A model generated the notes under the pieces. That model saw only the letters and a program-made list of their open reading frames with translations, had not been told where the DNA came from and did no database searches. Of a stretch of 64,000 nt of DNA, positions 1 through 8,590 are shown piece by piece. The stretch's first letter is position 1, and every line of letters starts with the position of its first letter. Source of the DNA: an uncultured Pelagibacteraceae bacterium (GTDB lineage: Bacteria > Pseudomonadota > Alphaproteobacteria > Pelagibacterales > Pelagibacteraceae); NCBI GenBank assembly GCA_902582235.1, contig CACHQX010000001.1, positions 80,768 to 144,767 on the forward strand, written 5' to 3'. The position numbers and the translations under genes were made by a program.

Positions 1-2
1 GC

Positions 3-635
3 GGTGAAGGTCGTGAAGCTTTAATAATCGATCCGGTAATAGAACACACTGAAGAATATATAAAACTTTTAGAAAAACTAAAATTAAAATTGGTAAAAGT
101 AATTGATACACATATTCATGCTGATCATATTACTGGACTTAATGAGTTAAGTAAGAGAACTAGTTGCACAAAAATAATGGGTGAAAATTCTAAATCTGAA
201 GTGGTTGACTTAAGGGTAAAAGAAAATGAAAAAATTAAACTAGATGGAGTAGAGCTTAAAGTTTTGTATACTCCTGGACACACAGATTGTTCGTATAGTT
301 TTTTGATGAAAGACAGAGTTTTCACTGGAGACACTTTGTTGATTAATGGGACTGGGAGAACTGATTTTCAAAATGGAAATGCTAAACAACAATACGACTC
401 ATTATTTAATAAATTGCTTAAACTTCCAGAGAACACAATAGTTTTTCCTGCACACGATTATAATGGGAAAAAAAATTCTACAATTGGATACGAAATAAAA
501 AATAATCCAAGATTACAAGTTAATTCAATAGATCAATATGTTGAGATCATGAACAATTTAAAATTAGCTAATCCAAAAATGATGGATGTGGCTGTACCTG
601 CAAACGTAAAAGGCCTTACTTTAAATCAAATTTAA
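3..635 (+). CDS. MBL-fold persulfide dioxygenase (ETHE1/Sdo-like), 5'-truncated by window edge
   Basis: Frame is open from the window start (GEGREALIIDPV...) through THIHADH, TPGHT, FTGDTL, GRTDFQNG, PAHDY and NPRL motifs typical of ETHE1-type enzymes. Confidence 0.85.
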   Translation, partial: GEGREALIIDPVIEHTEEYIKLLEKLKLKLVKVIDTHIHADHITGLNELSKRTSCTKIMGENSKSEVVDLRVKENEKIKLDGVELKVLYTPGHTDCSYSFLMKDRVFTGDTLLINGTGRTDFQNGNAKQQYDSLFNKLLKLPENTIVFPAHDYNGKKNSTIGYEIKNNPRLQVNSIDQYVEIMNNLKLANPKMMDVAVPANVKGLTLNQI

Positions 636-651
636 AGCGACAAAATTTGGG

Positions 652-679
652 TTGATTATCAGGTTATTAGCTCTATAAA
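652..679 (+). promoter_or_regulatory. Putative sigma70 promoter for the Cys-rich sORF (leaderless transcript)
   Basis: TTGATT (652-657), 16-nt spacer, TATAAA (674-679); ATG at 686 lies 7 nt after the -10 element; no SD sequence. Confidence 0.5.
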
Positions 680-685
680 TCAATT

Positions 686-802
686 ATGGCTTGCGACAAT
701 TCAAAATGTATTTGCACAAACTGCACTAACGATACGTGTGCTTGCGACGGGGATATGCAATGTAATTGCAAACCTGAAGGTGTTTGTTGTTGTTGCAATT
801 AG
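686..802 (+). CDS. 38-aa Cys-rich peptide, metallothionein-like or Cys leader peptide (missed by the ORF track)
   Basis: Manual translation MACDNSKCICTNCTNDTCACDGDMQCNCKPEGVCCCCN*; 12/38 Cys, three CxC motifs and CCCC, no aromatic or His residues; fills the gap between two genes. Confidence 0.8.
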   Translation: MACDNSKCICTNCTNDTCACDGDMQCNCKPEGVCCCCN

Positions 803-834
803 TAAGCTAAATTAATTTCACAGTATACAGTATT

Positions 835-1416
835 ATGAATGAATTTTTAGAATCGATAATTAAGAGAGATCCAGCTGCCAAATCAAAGTTAAGTATCATC
901 TTAACCTATCCTGGTGCTAAGGCTGTTTTTTTCCACAAAATTGCAAATTTTTTTGCAATTGCAAAATTTCATTTAGTTGCAAGAATAATCTCTCAGTTTT
1001 CAAGATTTTTAACTGGAATAGAAATTCATCCAAAAGCAAACATTGGTAAAAATTTATTTATAGATCATGGGATGGGAGTTGTGATTGGTGAAACTTCAGA
1101 AATTGGAGATAATGTAACGATCTATCACATGGTAACACTTGGTGGTATCTCACCAAGCGTAAATTCTAATGAACAAAGAAATATAAAAAGACATCCTACA
1201 CTTAAAGATAATGTTGTAGTTGGGTCTGGTGCACAAATACTTGGACCGGTAACTGTAGGCAAAAATGCAAAGATTGGGGCGAACGCAGTTGTCACAAAAG
1301 ATGTTCCAGATAATGCAGTGATGGTTGGAATACCAGCAAAAAATGTTGGAGAAACTTCAGGCTCAGATGAAAACTTTAAACCTTATGGTATAACTCCTGA
1401 AAGTGATAAAAATTAA
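835..1416 (+). CDS. cysE: Serine O-acetyltransferase
   Basis: [31 protein letters not shown] and hexapeptide repeats. Confidence 0.95.
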   Translation: MNEFLESIIKRDPAAKSKLSIILTYPGAKAVFFHKIANFFAIAKFHLVARIISQFSRFLTGIEIHPKANIGKNLFIDHGMGVVIGETSEIGDNVTIYHMVTLGGISPSVNSNEQRNIKRHPTLKDNVVVGSGAQILGPVTVGKNAKIGANAVVTKDVPDNAVMVGIPAKNVGETSGSDENFKPYGITPESDKN

Positions 1417-1417
1417 T

Positions 1418-2419
1418 ATGAAAAATGCTCAAAATAATTTTATTGAAGGGATTGGTAATACGCCATTAGTAAAATTAAGAGCTGCATCCGAAATTACTGG
1501 GTGCAATATTTATGGTAAAGCAGAATACTTAAATCCAGGTGGATCTGTAAAAGATAGAGCCGCTTTAGCATTAATTAAAGATGCTCAAGAAAAAAAATTA
1601 ATTTCAAAAGGCGGGACGATTGTTGAAGGTACTGCAGGTAATACTGGTATTGGTCTTTGTCTTATTGGTAATTCAATTGGGTATAAAACAATCATTGTGA
1701 TGAATGATAATCAAACTCAAGAGAAAAAAGATATGTTAAAGAACATGGGAGCTGACTTAAGGTTAGTTCCACCTAAACCATATAAAGACGAAGGTAATTA
1801 TGTAAAGGTTGCTGGTAGACTTGCTGATGAATTAAAGAGCAGTAACAATCATGGTGTGGTTTGGGCTAATCAATTTGATAACACTGCCAATTCTAAAGGA
1901 CATTATGAGACCACTGGACCTGAAATATGGATGCAAACAGATGGAAAAGTTGATGGTTTTGTTTGCTCGTCTGGTACGGGAGGAACAATTGCTGGTGTAA
2001 GTAGTTTTTTAAAAGAAAAAAATAAAAATATTAAAATTTATTTATCAGATCCTGCTGGATCATCCCTTTACAACTATATTGAAAATGGAGAATTAAAGGG
2101 TGAAGGCAATTCAATTACTGAAGGGATAGGATCAAGTAGAGTTACAGCTAACTTTGCTGAAGCAAAAATTGATGGTGCTTTCTCTATTGAAGATAAAGAG
2201 TCTTTGCCTGTCATTTATGACCTTATTCAAAATGAGGGACTAAGTTTAGGTACAAGTTGTGGGGTAAATATTGCTGGTGCTATAAGACTTGGCAAGAAAT
2301 TAGGACCAGGTAAAACAATCGTTACCATTCTTTGTGACAGATCAGATAAATACAACTCCAAGCTGTTTAATAGAAAATTTTTAGAGGAAAAAGGACTACC
2401 GATTCCCGCTTGGATTTAA
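1418..2419 (+). CDS. cysK: Cysteine synthase (PLP-dependent OAS sulfhydrylase family)
   Basis: IGNTPLV, KAEYLNPGGSVKDR (PLP Lys), GTGGT, EGIG; ATG at 1418 just after the cysE stop preferred over 1403. Confidence 0.9.
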   Translation: MKNAQNNFIEGIGNTPLVKLRAASEITGCNIYGKAEYLNPGGSVKDRAALALIKDAQEKKLISKGGTIVEGTAGNTGIGLCLIGNSIGYKTIIVMNDNQTQEKKDMLKNMGADLRLVPPKPYKDEGNYVKVAGRLADELKSSNNHGVVWANQFDNTANSKGHYETTGPEIWMQTDGKVDGFVCSSGTGGTIAGVSSFLKEKNKNIKIYLSDPAGSSLYNYIENGELKGEGNSITEGIGSSRVTANFAEAKIDGAFSIEDKESLPVIYDLIQNEGLSLGTSCGVNIAGAIRLGKKLGPGKTIVTILCDRSDKYNSKLFNRKFLEEKGLPIPAWI

Positions 2420-2495
2420 TTTTTTTTAGCGCACACTTTAATAAATCTTTTACATAATAAAGATATTGTAGTTAAATAATTTTCTAATTTATACT

Positions 2496-2897
2496 ATGAA
2501 CGAACTATTTAAAAAAAATTTCTTCTCACTTTTATTAATTGTGCTGTTTAGTTTGTTTATTTTTTCCTTAGCATTAGCTGATCTAAACAAAAAAGATAAG
2601 GAAAAAGCTTGGGATTGTGTTGGAATTTACATGGCTAATTACTTTTTGCCATCCGGAGAAAAATTTGAATATGGTATGAAGGAAAAATCCATGGCAGCTG
2701 TAAAAGTTTGGAAAACTTATGCAATCGAAATTGGTATTAAAGAAACTGATTGGGACAAAGGTGTAAATAAAGCTGTCGATAAACACTACGGCTCAAAATA
2801 TAATGAAAAATTAACTAATCAGTGTCATAAATTCTTAGAAACAACTATTCCAAATGGCGAAAAGCGAGTGAAAAAAGTCGCTCAAACTCTTTATTAA
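2496..2897 (+). CDS. Hypothetical secreted protein
   Basis: 133-aa ORF with hydrophobic N-terminal signal ending SLALA; two Cys in the mature part. Confidence 0.7.
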   Translation: MNELFKKNFFSLLLIVLFSLFIFSLALADLNKKDKEKAWDCVGIYMANYFLPSGEKFEYGMKEKSMAAVKVWKTYAIEIGIKETDWDKGVNKAVDKHYGSKYNEKLTNQCHKFLETTIPNGEKRVKKVAQTLY

Positions 2898-2900
2898 TAA

Positions 2901-3188
2901 ATGAGCGGATACGTGATTGCTCAAATTAATATGACGAATAAAGAAGGTTTTAAAATTTACGCAGAACAAGTCCCACAAACTATAAAGCACTATGGAGGGA
3001 AATATATTATTAGAGCTGGCGAATATAAGTCGCTGGAAGGTAAATGGGATTACACTAGAAATGTAATAATTGAATTTCCTACTTACGAAAAAGCTTTAGA
3101 GTGGTATAATTCAGATTTATATAAACCAGTTAAAGAACTCCGCCAAAAAAATTCTGAAGGTAATTTAATTATAATTAAGGGAGTATAA
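2901..3188 (+). CDS. DUF1330 family protein
   Basis: YGGKYIIRAG...LEG...IIEFPTYEKALEWYNSDLY pattern. Confidence 0.85.
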   Translation: MSGYVIAQINMTNKEGFKIYAEQVPQTIKHYGGKYIIRAGEYKSLEGKWDYTRNVIIEFPTYEKALEWYNSDLYKPVKELRQKNSEGNLIIIKGV

Positions 3189-3216
3189 TGAAACTATTTA
3201 ATGAAAGGATAAAAAA

Positions 3217-3507
3217 ATGGAAAAGGAAATGTTAGTGTATCTTAAACTTAAAGAAGGTAAATTAGAAACTTTCATGGGTTGGATGCAATCAGATGAAGGT
3301 ATGGGTGTCAGAAAAAGTGTTGCTTATCCAGAAAAAACTGTTGGGGCTATGATACCCGATAAAAGTGGGCTGTTGTTCAAAGTTAATGTTCATAATGAAG
3401 CAGGTATGAAAGAGTTCGTAACTGGAAATAATCCTACAGCAAAAGCAATTTACGCTGAGTGTGTAGAGAGTGCTCAGTTGTATGAATTATCTAAAATAAA
3501 TCTATAA
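3217..3507 (+). CDS. Small hypothetical protein (possible dimeric alpha/beta-barrel fold)
   Basis: 96-aa ORF with AAAGGA SD; fold is inferred. Confidence 0.7.
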   Translation: MEKEMLVYLKLKEGKLETFMGWMQSDEGMGVRKSVAYPEKTVGAMIPDKSGLLFKVNVHNEAGMKEFVTGNNPTAKAIYAECVESAQLYELSKINL

Positions 3508-3517
3508 AGGAGAAAAT

Positions 3518-3805
3518 ATGAAAAACTATATGGTAACACACACTTTCAAATCTAAAGAAATGAAAGATAAGTTTACTGAAACAGTGGCTTCAATGAAAAT
3601 GGAGGATATTGTTAAAAGTATGAAAAGCGATAATGCTGCTTGTCAGATGACTTGGAATACTCCAGGTGATACAATGGAAATGTATTGTTGGTGGAAGGGT
3701 AAAGATGAGGAAGCAATTATTAATCAATTAGGTCAAATGAACGATTTTTTCACTCCACATAAGTTTGTTGAGTGTACAGATCAAGTAATGGACTACAACG
3801 CATAG
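3518..3805 (+). CDS. Small Met-rich hypothetical protein (possibly DUF4242/SCO4226-like)
   Basis: AGGAG SD; YMVTHTF start and MYCWWKGKDEEAI segment resemble that family; 11 Met, 3 Cys. Confidence 0.7.
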   Translation: MKNYMVTHTFKSKEMKDKFTETVASMKMEDIVKSMKSDNAACQMTWNTPGDTMEMYCWWKGKDEEAIINQLGQMNDFFTPHKFVECTDQVMDYNA

Positions 3806-3812
3806 GATATTT

Positions 3813-4229
3813 ATGATCGACAAATTTGGAAATATATTTTACTTAATAATTTACTTAGTTCACTTTATTATTGTTGGAAGCTACGCATTCCAATTAGTTT
3901 TCGGTACTCAAAAATTTCTTGAAGGTAGAGGCGTAGATAAAACGGCTACACTATTAACAAGATTTGCTGGTTCGTTCATGATTGCAATGGTTTTAATGGC
4001 AATATATATCGCTTTCATAAGATCGGGTGGTTTAGATGCTACTTGGGCATTTTTTAATTTAGTTTTTATAATTAATGTCACAATATTATGTGCAAATTTT
4101 TATACTTTAAAAATTGATAAAACTGGTTTGACTGAGAAAACTAGAAATGATGGAATATATGCTCCACTAGTTCTAGTGATTATAAGCGCACTTCTTTGTT
4201 ACGGATTAGCTGATAAAATTTACGTATAA
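3813..4229 (+). CDS. Hypothetical membrane protein (about 4 TM)
   Basis: Four hydrophobic stretches; AGGA SD. Confidence 0.75.
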   Translation: MIDKFGNIFYLIIYLVHFIIVGSYAFQLVFGTQKFLEGRGVDKTATLLTRFAGSFMIAMVLMAIYIAFIRSGGLDATWAFFNLVFIINVTILCANFYTLKIDKTGLTEKTRNDGIYAPLVLVIISALLCYGLADKIYV

Positions 4230-4253
4230 AAAATAATAAGAAAGGAGAAGCAA

Positions 4254-4637
4254 ATGAACGCAAAAGAAAGAATACAATTAGGTTATGATCTTTTTAACAA
4301 ACACGACATGGAGACTTTTTTTAAAGAGTTAGTTGATGAAAATACGACATGGACTTTCCCTGGAAAAGAAGGAGTCCATCCTCTATCAGGGGTGCACAAA
4401 GGTCCACAAGCAATGATGGGAGCATTTTCAAAAATTCCAGAAAAATGGTCAAATTTCAAAGTTGAACCAATTGAAATGATAAGTGAAGGAAATAAAGTTT
4501 TTGTAAGAGTAAAAGGGTCAGCAGATGGTATGGAAACAATGTTTGGTCATTACTTTGAAGTAAGCGATAGTGGAAAAATGGTCAGAATGATGACTTTCGA
4601 CGATACACTAAGTATGTTCAACGCGATGAAAAAATAA
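4254..4637 (+). CDS. SnoaL/NTF2-like family protein
   Basis: WTFPG..HPLSGVHKGP, IEMISEGNKVFV, FDDT pattern; AAGGAG SD. Confidence 0.85.
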   Translation: MNAKERIQLGYDLFNKHDMETFFKELVDENTTWTFPGKEGVHPLSGVHKGPQAMMGAFSKIPEKWSNFKVEPIEMISEGNKVFVRVKGSADGMETMFGHYFEVSDSGKMVRMMTFDDTLSMFNAMKK

Positions 4638-4679
4638 TTCACCAGGAAACATGAGCTACAAAGTTACGCTAACAATTTA

Positions 4680-4901
4680 ATGTTTCCAAAAAAATATTCA
4701 AACTTACTATTTATTTTGATCATGGGTTTTGGAATGAGCCTTATGATGACACTAATAATTACATATATAAATACTGGAATGGATAGTGAATATATTAATA
4801 GATTTTTAAAAGCTTGGATGGTTAGTCTTCCTATAGCAATTGTTGCAGCTTTATTTGTTGGTCCAATAACAAAAAATTTTGTAGATAAAATAACTAAGTA
4901 G
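4680..4901 (+). CDS. DUF2798 family membrane protein
   Basis: IMGFGMSLMMT...N.G......RFLKAW.VSLPIA pattern. Confidence 0.8.
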   Translation: MFPKKYSNLLFILIMGFGMSLMMTLIITYINTGMDSEYINRFLKAWMVSLPIAIVAALFVGPITKNFVDKITK

Positions 4902-5415
4902 TTTTTTTATAATTTTTCATCCATTTTTCAAATTCTTTAATTGCTTTATTCATGTCTTTGGTTTTATGAGGATGATTTTTTGCTCTACCTAACATTGTTG
5001 CAATAACATTTACCTGATATTTTATAGTTCTATTTTTAATCTTATTTATAGTATAAATAGCCTTATCTTTATTTTTAAAACCTAATCCTGGGGTTGTCGT
5101 TTTTGGATTATAATCTGAATAAAGAGATAAATTTATAAGGTTATTTTTTTTAGGAGTTTTTAACTTTTTTAAAAAAATTAATAAATTTTTAATATTTAAA
5201 TTTTTAAACTTTTTTTTTACTGAACCATCAAATTCGATAAATTCTATAAAAAAACTTTTTTTATTTATTTTAGTGATAAGTTTGATGTAATTTTTATGAA
5301 ATCTTTTAATATATTTTTGATATATCTTTTTTGAATTTAGATATTTTTTTTCTTTATAGCTTGGAGTGTTAATTAATAGAACTCTACTTTTTTGTTTATA
5401 TTTCTCCAAATTCAT
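4894..5415 (-). CDS. Hypothetical two-domain protein (DUF4174-like N-terminus, LYSDYNP..GLGFK C-terminus)
   Basis: 173-aa ORF overlapping the SRAP stop codon; domain calls from recalled motifs. Confidence 0.65.
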   Translation of the reverse strand: MNLEKYKQKSRVLLINTPSYKEKKYLNSKKIYQKYIKRFHKNYIKLITKINKKSFFIEFIEFDGSVKKKFKNLNIKNLLIFLKKLKTPKKNNLINLSLYSDYNPKTTTPGLGFKNKDKAIYTINKIKNRTIKYQVNVIATMLGRAKNHPHKTKDMNKAIKEFEKWMKNYKKTT

Positions 5416-6038
5416 TAATTTATAGATTTAATTAATGATGGGTCGTTATTGTTCGGTTTATTTACTTCTTTTGATATTTCATGGAAAATAATCTGGGGTT
5501 TTTGAATATTAGCTAATAAATTTTTACCAGATTTTTTTAAGTCTAAATACAAATCTATTTCATCTTGGTTAAGAATCACAGGTTGTCTATGATGTATCTC
5601 AGATACATTAGAGTTTGCCTCCTCGGTTATTAAACAAAATTCATTTTTATCAAATATCCCTGCAACAAATAAGGGTAGATTATCCTGTCTTTTAAAATAA
5701 AAGGGTGTTTTTTTTTCTTTAGTTCTTTTCCATTCGTAAAAGCCGTCCATTACAGCAACACATCTATTGGCTTGGATTAATCTTTTAAATGATATTTTCT
5801 CATCAATTGTCTCTAGTCTTGCATTAATTAGTGGTCTGAAGTTTTTTTGTTTAGCCCAAGATGGAACAATGCCCCATTTAAGTAATTCTAAAGTTTTGCC
5901 ATTAGAATAAGATTTTACTATTGGTAAACTCTGAGTTGGGTGTGCGTTAAAGTTTTCTTCGTCTTTAACGTTGGTTGTTGACTTTACTAAGAATGAAGTT
6001 TTTTCTTTAGCTTTTGTAATTACGTACCTTCCACACAT
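5415..6038 (-). CDS. SOS response-associated peptidase / abasic-site processing protein (SRAP, YedK-like)
   Basis: N-terminal MCGR, WGIVP.W, INARLET, GFYEW, IHHRQPVIL. Confidence 0.92.
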   Translation of the reverse strand: MCGRYVITKAKEKTSFLVKSTTNVKDEENFNAHPTQSLPIVKSYSNGKTLELLKWGIVPSWAKQKNFRPLINARLETIDEKISFKRLIQANRCVAVMDGFYEWKRTKEKKTPFYFKRQDNLPLFVAGIFDKNEFCLITEEANSNVSEIHHRQPVILNQDEIDLYLDLKKSGKNLLANIQKPQIIFHEISKEVNKPNNNDPSLIKSIN

Positions 6039-6374
6039 CTAAGATGTTTTTCCTAAAAAATTTACCAGTATCACCCCAATAATAATAAAACATATGCCTA
6101 TAATTCCATACATGTTTGGAATTTGATTATATTTTAATATTCCAAATATTGTTACTGCGGTGATGGTTAGCCCTCCATATGTTGCATATGTAAAACCAAC
6201 AGGTATTGTCATCATTGCTTTTGCTAGAAAAAATATACAAAGCACAATTGTAACTACACACATTGTAGTTGGCACAAGATTTGTAAATCCATTAGTAGTT
6301 TTTAAAAAACCATTTGAGGTAATTCCTAATATTACGGCCAACAAAAGATATATATATCCAAGAAAATTCGTCAT
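6039..6374 (-). CDS. SMR/DMT family small transporter
   Basis: 111 aa, 4 TM, LKTTNGFT, IPVGFTYA. Confidence 0.8.
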   Translation of the reverse strand: MTNFLGYIYLLLAVILGITSNGFLKTTNGFTNLVPTTMCVVTIVLCIFFLAKAMMTIPVGFTYATYGGLTITAVTIFGILKYNQIPNMYGIIGICFIIIGVILVNFLGKTS

Positions 6375-6377
6375 AGC

Positions 6378-6770
6378 TTATTTATAAATTTTGTCTACTT
6401 CAACTTGATAAGCTTCAACAAGTTTATTATTTTGATTAGCAATACCAACCACATCAATCATTTCTTTTATCATTTCATCAGTTGCACCTTTTTTTTTAGC
6501 AGCAAAAGTATGTGATCTAGTACAATAGTTACAGCTGTTTGTAATTGATACAGCAACATAAATTAATTCTTTAGTAACTGAGTCTAGCGCACCATCTTTC
6601 ATAATTTGTTTAAGATTATTCCATGTTCTTTCTAAAAGTTGTGGGTTATGTGCTATAGATTTCCAAAAATTTGGAATTTTAGTAATTTTTCTGGTTTTCT
6701 TAATTTCATTAAAAATTCTTTTTACTTTTGTGTTAGCTTTTTTTTCGTTAATTGGTTTGAAAATTTCCAT
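6378..6770 (-). CDS. Carboxymuconolactone decarboxylase / AhpD-like protein
   Basis: KELIYVAVSITNSCNYCTRSH (CxxC..H); GGAGGA SD. Confidence 0.85.
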   Translation of the reverse strand: MEIFKPINEKKANTKVKRIFNEIKKTRKITKIPNFWKSIAHNPQLLERTWNNLKQIMKDGALDSVTKELIYVAVSITNSCNYCTRSHTFAAKKKGATDEMIKEMIDVVGIANQNNKLVEAYQVEVDKIYK

Positions 6771-6846
6771 ATTCCTCCTCTTTTTTAGTGCATTGTAATT
6801 TAGTTATTTACATAAATAAATATTTAAATTAATAGATAAAAAGCTA

Positions 6847-7725
6847 ATGAGCTCAAAAAAGATAGTAATCACAGGTGGCGCAGGTTTTGTCGGTACAAAC
6901 TTAATTAAATTACTTTTAAAAAAGACAAATTATAAATTGATTTCAATTGATGATTACAGCTCTAGTACACGTAAAAATCATATAAAAAATTCTAGAGTAA
7001 AATACATTAAGGCTCATACTAAGAATATCTCTACAGTATTAAATCCAAAACAAGTACAATCAATTTTTCATTTTGGAGAATTTGCAAGAATTTATCAAAG
7101 TTTTTTACAAATGGATAAATGTATTGAATCTAACTCAATTGGAACAAATGCAGTTTTTAATTTCTGCCTTAAAAATAAGATTAAATTAGTTTACAGCGCA
7201 ACATCTGCATCACTTGGCAATAAAGGAAATGACAAAAACCTATCTCCTTATGCATTTACAAAAGCAAAGAATTTGGAGTTATTAGAAAATTTAAAAAAGT
7301 GGTTTAAATTTAAATATGAGGTGATTTATTTTTATAACGTATATGGTCCTAATCAAATAAGTAAAGGGAACATGGCTACTGTGATAGGAATTTTTGAAGA
7401 TTGTTACAAAAAAAATAAAGCTTTACCAGTAGTTAAACCGGGCTCTCAATCAAGAAGATTTACACATATAGATGATACAATTAATGTTTGCTATATAGCT
7501 TGGAAAAAAAATCTATGTAGACATTATAGTATTTCCCATAAGCAAAGTTTTACGATTTTAGAAGTTGCAAAGATGTTTAAGAGACGAATTAGGCTTTTAT
7601 CAAAAAGACCTGGTGAAAGATACGCATCAGCTCTTACCACAATGAATTTATCAAATAAAGTTTATAAACATTTTGGTAAAATAAAACTTAGAGATTACAT
7701 TAAATCTTTTATTAATAACAATTAG
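6847..7725 (+). CDS. NAD-dependent epimerase/dehydratase
   Basis: TGGAGFVG, PYAFTK (YxxxK), FYNVYGP, RRFTHIDD. Confidence 0.88.
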   Translation: MSSKKIVITGGAGFVGTNLIKLLLKKTNYKLISIDDYSSSTRKNHIKNSRVKYIKAHTKNISTVLNPKQVQSIFHFGEFARIYQSFLQMDKCIESNSIGTNAVFNFCLKNKIKLVYSATSASLGNKGNDKNLSPYAFTKAKNLELLENLKKWFKFKYEVIYFYNVYGPNQISKGNMATVIGIFEDCYKKNKALPVVKPGSQSRRFTHIDDTINVCYIAWKKNLCRHYSISHKQSFTILEVAKMFKRRIRLLSKRPGERYASALTTMNLSNKVYKHFGKIKLRDYIKSFINNN

Positions 7726-8507
7726 TTAAGAGGTCTAAGCATTTTAAGCATCTTAGAGTGTAAAATTTTATTTGGAGAAACTAAAACATTTCCACTTTTA
7801 AAGTTAAATTGATTTTTCCAATTTGTAACTATTCCACCTGAAGCTCTTATTATTGGTATCAATGGAAAAATATCCCAAATTTTATTTCCACATTGAAAAA
7901 CAACATCAATTTTTCCTTCACAAAAATGAGAATAACTTAATGCATCCATACAAGGAAATTGCATCATTGGGAGAATTTTTTTTACTTTCTTAAGCTTATC
8001 TAAAGAAAAATGACCATGAAAATTTCCAGAAAGTTTTATCTTTTTGAAATTTTTTTCTTTCGAAGATCTTAATTTTGTCTTTTTATTATCCCTAAATAAA
8101 AAAGCCTCTTTAGTGTTTTTGTTTATATAAAATTTATTTAGTTCAGGAAAGTTTGCTAACCCAAAAATCGGTTGTCCTTTATAACAAATAGCTACAAGAT
8201 TACTCCACGAAGGGTTTCCAATTACAAAAGATCTTGTCCCATCAATTGGATCTATTACCCAAGAGTAGTCACTTTTAGTTTTTTTCTTTCCAAATTCTTC
8301 GCCAACGATAGAGTGAGACGGGTATTTTTTATTAATCTTTGATCTTATGAATTTCTCAAATTTTTTATCAGCTATAGTGACTGGGTCATAGTTAGAGCCT
8401 TTGCCTTTATTAATGGCCTTAAAAGGTTTGTTCAAATTCTTTTTGTAAAATCTATTTAAGTCTTTAGCTAAAGAGATTAAAAATCTATAAAATTCAATAT
8501 TTTTCAT
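7722..8507 (-). CDS. Inositol monophosphatase family protein (HisN-like histidinol-phosphatase)
   Basis: YDPVTIAD, GEEFG, WVIDPIDGTRSF, WD motifs. Confidence 0.85.
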   Translation of the reverse strand: MKNIEFYRFLISLAKDLNRFYKKNLNKPFKAINKGKGSNYDPVTIADKKFEKFIRSKINKKYPSHSIVGEEFGKKKTKSDYSWVIDPIDGTRSFVIGNPSWSNLVAICYKGQPIFGLANFPELNKFYINKNTKEAFLFRDNKKTKLRSSKEKNFKKIKLSGNFHGHFSLDKLKKVKKILPMMQFPCMDALSYSHFCEGKIDVVFQCGNKIWDIFPLIPIIRASGGIVTNWKNQFNFKSGNVLVSPNKILHSKMLKMLRPLN

Positions 8508-8590
8508 TCGTTTTGATTTATCTTAAGATCTTATTACTATTTAATTTTGCTTGATTAAAGCTATTTTTTGTTGAAATGTTAATTGTAGAT

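Noticed and set aside
938-970. Inverted repeat AATTGCAAA...TTTGCAATT inside cysE
   Set aside because: Explained by the [10 protein letters not shown] codons; AT-rich with no independent support
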